Assembly (NCBI GenBank): GCA_002104945.1
Contig: MCFH01000001.1
Location: forward strand, 2,418,001-2,482,000
Length of the DNA stretch: 64,000 bases
Direction: 5' to 3'
DNA from: Piromyces finnis finn
Lineage: Eukaryota > Fungi > Neocallimastigomycota
The notes under the pieces are model-generated. The model was not told where the DNA came from. It searched no databases and was given only the letters and a program-made list of their open reading frames with translations. Of this stretch, positions 58,148 to 64,000 are shown one piece after another; the first letter of the stretch is position 1; every line of letters begins with the position of its first letter. The translations under genes were made by a program, and so were the position numbers.

Positions 58148-58275
58148 ACTCGGCGGCGGTAGATTCAATTTCAACCCAGTAGTTATTCCTTCTTTTTTCT
58201 TCTTTTACTCGGCGGTAGACTCAATTTCAACCCAGTAGTTATTCCTTCTTTTTCTTCTTTTACTCGGCGGTAGAT
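58148..58275 (-). repeat. About 55-bp tandem repeats (roughly 2.3 copies) in the Gypsy 5' leader
   Basis: CTCGGCGGTAGA.TCAATTTCAACCCAGTAGTTATTCCTTCTTTTT recurs between PBS and gag. Confidence 0.8.
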
Positions 58276-59940
58276 ACCCTAACGTATTCTTGGTTTTCGT
58301 TAGGTAATTGTTATTGTAATGTTGAACACTGAAAGAATAGATTAGGATATCTATTCTATTACAATAACACAAAAATTTGAAAAAATAAAATAAAAAATTG
58401 TTTTATAAAATATCTTTTATTATAATAAAATTTTAATAATAACAATTACATCGATAAAATGATGAAAAATATCTTCTATTTATATTTTTCCTAAATACAT
58501 TTATATTATATTATAACTATTTATTTCTTATATATTATTATTTAAAATCTACACTAAAATCTTAATTATTAATAAATATTTAAACTATAACTATTTTTAG
58601 TAAAATACAATTGGCAATTCAAATTAAGTACTATTCAATTTGAATATGTGCCCATGTATTATTGATATATTAATCATTTATTATTTATTTATTTCTATGA
58701 AAAAACAATACTAAAACTAGGGATTTAAATTGAGAATATTAATTTACTTGTTAAACATTAAAAATAAATTAATAATTTATTTTGTTTTAAACTTTAATTA
58801 TTAATAAATAAATTATGTCTCATTTTCTTTTTCTGAATATAATTTGTGTAACTTAAACAATAATACTTGTGGCTTAAGTTACATTAAAATATCAAACAGA
58901 GGCGTTTGATATCTTTACATAACTAATGATAAAAGTATTTTAAGAAATTTTGTTGAACAAAAATTAAAAATGAAGTGTGCCAACAATACTACTTGTGAAT
59001 TTCAGGGATTCGGTACATACGAAGGAAAACTAAATAACCATAACATAACATTAAAAAGGGTTTTATACTCCAAGGATATAGCACAAAATCTAATAAGTGG
59101 AATAAAATTAGCACAATCACACATAAATTGTGAAATAATTAATAAAAATTTCAAACCACAGTTAATAATCAAATACAATAATAAAAATATATTTAGAACA
59201 CATGTCAATAAAAGGAATAATTTCAAAATTAAAACACAATATAATAATTTCAATGATAAAAAGATATATTGTATCAATGAAAATTTATCAAATAATATAT
59301 GGCACAATAGATTAGGACATTACTATAACAAAAATCTAGAAAATTTTTTAAAGTCACACAAAATTGAAAATAATGAATGCCTACATTGTAAAATATCAAA
59401 ATTAAATAGAAAACCACACAATGGAATCCCACCCAAAGCGACTAGAAGAAACGAAGTTATTCATTCCGATGTTATGGGACCTTTACTACCATCAATAAAT
59501 CAATATAAATATATTCTAACTTTTATTGACGAAGCTACTAGAAAAGGTTGGGTATTTAATCTAAAAAATAAATCAGGTGTTACTAGTACGACTATCAATT
59601 TTATTAAATTAATCAACAATAACTACCAAAATGAAAAAATTAAAATTTTTAAGTCTGATAATGGAAAAGAATACAATAATAAAAAATTATTAAATTTTTG
59701 TAAACGAAATGGTATTAAGAAAGAATTTTCCCCACCTTACAATCCTCAAAACAATGGGATAGCTGAACGTTTCAACAGAACTATTACATCGTGCGTTAAA
59801 ACAATTCTGTTTTGGGCAAAACTTAGTTTAAACTTTTGGGAATATGCAGTAAAACATGCTGTATATATTTATAATATAATACCACACAGTTGTATTTCCA
59901 ATAAAATTCCTAATGAAATATACTTCAATAAAAAGATAAA

Positions 59941-60728
59941 TGTAAAGATATAATATATATCTTTAGATTATTTAATAATTAATTATTAATTATTAAATAA
60001 TAAATTAATATTTAGTAAAACTGATTATAAAATTTTTGAGTAAATTTTATGGAATAATTTAATAATAAATTATTTTATAATAATTCCGTTAAATTTAAAT
60101 TAAGATAAATATTTAAGTTTAAGGAATAAAAGAATTTTAATTAAATTTAAATATTTCAAATATTTTAAATAATTAAAATATTTTTCAAATACTTTTTATT
60201 TAATTTTAGAATAGATTATACTTTTTTATTTAAATTTAGAATAGTTTAATAATTTTAACTTAGTTTTAAAAATAGATTTATTTATATTTCAATAGGAAAT
60301 ATATTAAGAATAGTATTGATAATATTAAATTAATTTATAGAAAATACATGGGCTTTATTCAATTTTGAGTTTACTCAAATTGAATTAAAAGTATAATGAA
60401 TTAGTTTAGTTTAGTTCTGTTATTTTATTATTTAATTAAATTAGTTTTGTTTATTTTATATTAAATATATGTTTATTTAAATAGAATAATATATTAGAAT
60501 ATAATTATGAAAAAATATAAATACATGTAATTTTTATTTGTTAAATCGATGTAATTGTTATTTTCAATTTTTTAATTATTAACTATTATATAGCTAATAA
60601 TATTTTTAAGAGTTTAAATAAAATGTTTTCTTAAAATAAAAATTTAATGTTTTATTTTTTTATTTTTGTGTTAATAAAAATTGTTTTGTTTTAAGTATGA
60701 AATCTGTTTTAAATTTTATACTTTTACA
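59941..60728 (+). mobile_element. Solo LTR (788 bp) inserted in the Copia pol gene
   Basis: TGTAAAG...CTTTTACA termini; 5-bp TSD ATAAA (59936-59940, 60729-60733); its removal restores KKINLNYLKTFG in frame. Confidence 0.88.
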
Positions 60729-63700
60729 ATAAATCTAAACTATTTAAAAACTTTTGGTTGCATTGCATACTATAAGAATTTCAACCAAAACAAAAGAAAA
60801 TTTGATATCAACTCCAGAAAAGGAATTTACTTAGGATTTAATAATAATACTCACTGTTTTATAATTATGGATTTCTACGATCATAATATACATTTAGTAA
60901 GAGAAGCAATTTTCATAGAAGAAAAACCAGGCAATCTCAAAATTGTATCCGGCAACAATCCTGGTTACTCTAATATTTCAAAAACAAAAACTTCTAATGG
61001 TACAATGGTATATAAACATGATCAGGAATCTAACTATGAGGAGATCGATACCAACCACTATCCTACCATAATTAAAATCAAGAATAATTTTGACAATAAT
61101 TATAATAATATCAGTGAGGATAGTTACACAGAAGAAATTTTTCAACAAAATAATAATCATGAAAATAGTGATGATGGTTACACAGAAGAAATTTTTCAAG
61201 ATGAAAATAATCTTAGCATTTATGAAAATGATGTAATTATTCAAAATAAAAAATTAGTTACCGAGAATTCCAACAAAGATAATAATGAAAATATCAGCAA
61301 TAACAATAATAAAAGACCACTTTCACCTACTGAAGATACACATATTAGCAAATATAGAATTACAAATACAACTGAAGAAGAAAATATTTCTGAAAATATT
61401 GTAAACAACACTATTTATAATATTGACAATAACGATAAAAATTCTGAATGTAACACATTATTTTCTATTAATACTGAGGTTCCACTTACTTTCAATGATA
61501 TATTTAAAAGAGAAGATTGGAAAGAATGGAGACGCGCTATTAGAAATGAACTTTTTAATCTATACAATAATAAAGTTATGATATTTACCAAAAATATTCC
61601 AGAAAATACAAATGTTATCTCTACAAAATGGGTTTTTAACATAAAACGTGATTCGAACAATAAAATTTCAACATATAAAGCTAGACTTGTTGCTAGAGGA
61701 TACAAACAAAAATACGGAATTGATTATGACAATATCTACTCACCTACATTAGACATTGTTTGCATTAGACTCATTCTATCTTTAGCTGCAAAATTTAAAT
61801 GGAACACCTACCAGCTAGATATTAAGGCCGCGTATTTAAATGCTCCATTAGACAAAAATGTTTATGTTTCTTTTCCCCAAGGTGATAAAAACTACAATAA
61901 AGGTTTCTGGCTTCTTAAGAAATCGTTATATGGATTAAAACAATCAGGCCGTAATTGGAATATCACTATCTCTGAATTTCTCTCAAAAATTGGATTTACT
62001 CAATGCAAATCGGAATCTTGTTTATTTTATAAAATTTTTGATAATTCTTTAACTTGTTTAATAGGTCTATACGTAGATGACATGATTATTTCTGGCACTA
62101 ATCAGGAACTTATTAGCACTATATTAAAAATTAAAAATAAATTTTCTATTTCAAAATGTGAAACTATTAATTTCATTTTAGGCATTCAGGTTGTACAGAA
62201 AAACTTCAGTTACACTATTTCCCAAAAATCATATATTGAAAACATTTTATCAAAATATAATTTTAACAATATTAAAAAATCTAAAACCCCTTGTACTGGT
62301 GAAAATTATGTTTCTAAGAACAATTCTTTATTCGATAAAACTATCTACAAATCGGCTATTGGTTCTTTAATTCACTTAGCTAAATGCACTCGCCCTGACA
62401 TTGCTTATGCTGTTAATAATGCCGCCAGATATTGTGAAAATCCTACTGTTAGTGACTGGCATAAAATCATTAATATATTTAAATATCTCAATTTTTCTAT
62501 GGAATACTCTATCACTTATGATGGATCTGGTGAATTTATTGCTTATTCTGATGCTGATTTTGGGGGAGACAAAAATGATAGAAAATCTACATCAGGCAAT
62601 CTAATTTGTATGGGAAATAAACCAATCTTTTGGTCATCAAAGAAACAAAAAGTAGTTGCTCTTTCAACAGCTGAAGCGGAACTTATAAGTACTTCAGAAC
62701 TAACAAGAAAAATCTTATGGCTAAGAAACATTTTTAAAGAAATTTTGAACAAAAATATAACAATAAAAATATATACAGATAATTTATCCAGCAAAAAGAT
62801 AATTGAAAATGGACAATTCAACAACAATATGAAACACATAGACTTAAGAGAACACTTTATCTTTGACGCTTTTAAAAATAATAAAATAATTTTAGAATAT
62901 ATAAAATCTGAAAATATGCTTGCTGATACATTAACCAAAAATACTAATGGGCCAAAAATGACTAAATTCACAAACTTAATTTTTAATAAACAAAATAAAT
63001 AATTAAGTTTGAGGGGAAGTGAAAGAATAGAATTTAGCTAGAACTTAAATTACTAATAAAAATTTATATTACTAATATTAAACTTTAATTAATAATAAAA
63101 TTATAATGTAATTACTAATGTAATGTTTCTTAGAATAATCGTAACATATAGTATTACTAATTTACATTAGCCACATACTTTAGTATAAAAAGGAATTTGT
63201 AAATGTATTATTAAAATCTTTGTAATTACCTTTATTAAATTAAATTTAATAAACATAATAAATAAACTTTATTAAACCTAAATTTACTTTTCACTTATAA
63301 TTCCTAAAACCATTTCCACCAATATTTTTTCTTTAAAATAAAGTAAGTTTCACAAATTAATTATTAAATTTTCCATGATAATTAAAAAGGTTTAATTTAA
63401 AAATATTAATTTTAAAAAAGAACCATCCACATGAAGTGGATCATTTTTAAATGATAAAAATATTAAAAAAAAAAGGGAATTTCTCAACTAGAGAAATGCT
63501 GTTTATTCTTAGTTTAAAAGAGATAATCCAATATTTCATTTTCACCAACATCTCAATTTTTTTTAATAATAATAAACAAAATATTGTTTTTTTTTTAAAT
63601 TTTTTTATTATAAACTTTCTTTGAAAGAAAGATTAAAGATATAAATGATATTCCGATATAATCTTAATACTTGTAGAAGTTTTAACTTTAACTATTTATT

Positions 63701-64000
63701 ATTATATTTATTGTTTTATAATAATTTATATTAAGTACTAAATATTATTATTATTATTATTATTAATACGTAAATCTTTATCACTAATAATTATTTTTTA
63801 GTATTATTATTTAATAGTGTGTAACCTAGAAAATTTTATCATTTTTTAATATTAAATATTAAGAGTTGTTTAATTTAGGTTTATAATTATGTCAACTTTA
63901 TTAATATATTTTATGATAAAGAACTACTTGCGTTACATTCTTCTCAAACTACATGTATTTATACATTTACATTGTGGCTTAAACATATAATCAAATACAA

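Larger units (their letters stand above)
52708..58919 (-). mobile_element. Ty3/Gypsy chromovirus (Tf1/sushi-like), apparently intact, nested in the Copia protease
   Basis: LTRs 52708-53313 (606 bp) and 58315-58919 (605 bp); 5-bp TSD TAACT (52703-52707, 58920-58924); PPT 53314-53328; PBS 58304-58314. Confidence 0.96.
51715..63002 (+). pseudogene. Copia gag-pol polyprotein split into 51715-52707, 58925-59941 and 60735-63002
   Basis: CCHC (CHICNMKNHNTSEC), protease DTGAS, WHNRLGH, HSDVMGP, SDNGKEY, YVDDM and RNase H YSDADF. Removing both insertions gives one open frame of about 1425 codons. Confidence 0.93.
51426..63293 (+). mobile_element. Ty1/Copia LTR retrotransposon carrying two nested insertions
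   Basis: Near-identical TG...CA LTRs 51426-51700 and 63020-63293; 5-bp TSD CTTAT (51421-51425, 63294-63298); PBS 51701-51714; PPT GAGGGGAAG 63011-63019. Confidence 0.95.

Noticed and set aside
60681-60728. N-terminus MFCFKYEICF of the 773-aa ORF
   Set aside because: Read-through from the solo LTR; true pol sequence resumes after the TSD.

Overview
Very AT-rich, intron-containing eukaryotic DNA. The fungal dockerin (CBM10-like) modules, dockerin-CotH kinase and bacterial-type GH5/GH3 genes point to an anaerobic gut fungus (Neocallimastigomycota). Host genes: GH16 + 2 dockerins; two tandem paralogs fusing a BRO1 domain to a long ankyrin array, separated by a decayed ORF; 3 dockerins + CotH kinase; a secreted LRR protein fused to a bacterial-type HAD hydrolase; an LRR/EGF surface protein built from seven 72-nt exons and one 69-nt exon; 3 dockerins + GH5; a domain-inverted GH3; an intronless ankyrin protein. 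Mobile DNA: two poly(A)-tailed non-coding retroposons with shared motifs; a full-length LINE with TSD, structured 210-bp 5' monomers and a putative 5'-UTR intron; a Copia element whose PBS matches a tRNA-Lys anticodon arm, interrupted by an intact self-priming chromovirus and by a related solo LTR. Best candidates for something undescribed: the BRO1-ankyrin paralogs, the retroposon/LINE 5' regions carrying U1-complementary and U6-like motifs, and the LRR-HAD fusion. Exon models were built by eye from GT-AG sites and frame continuity; no database searches were run.
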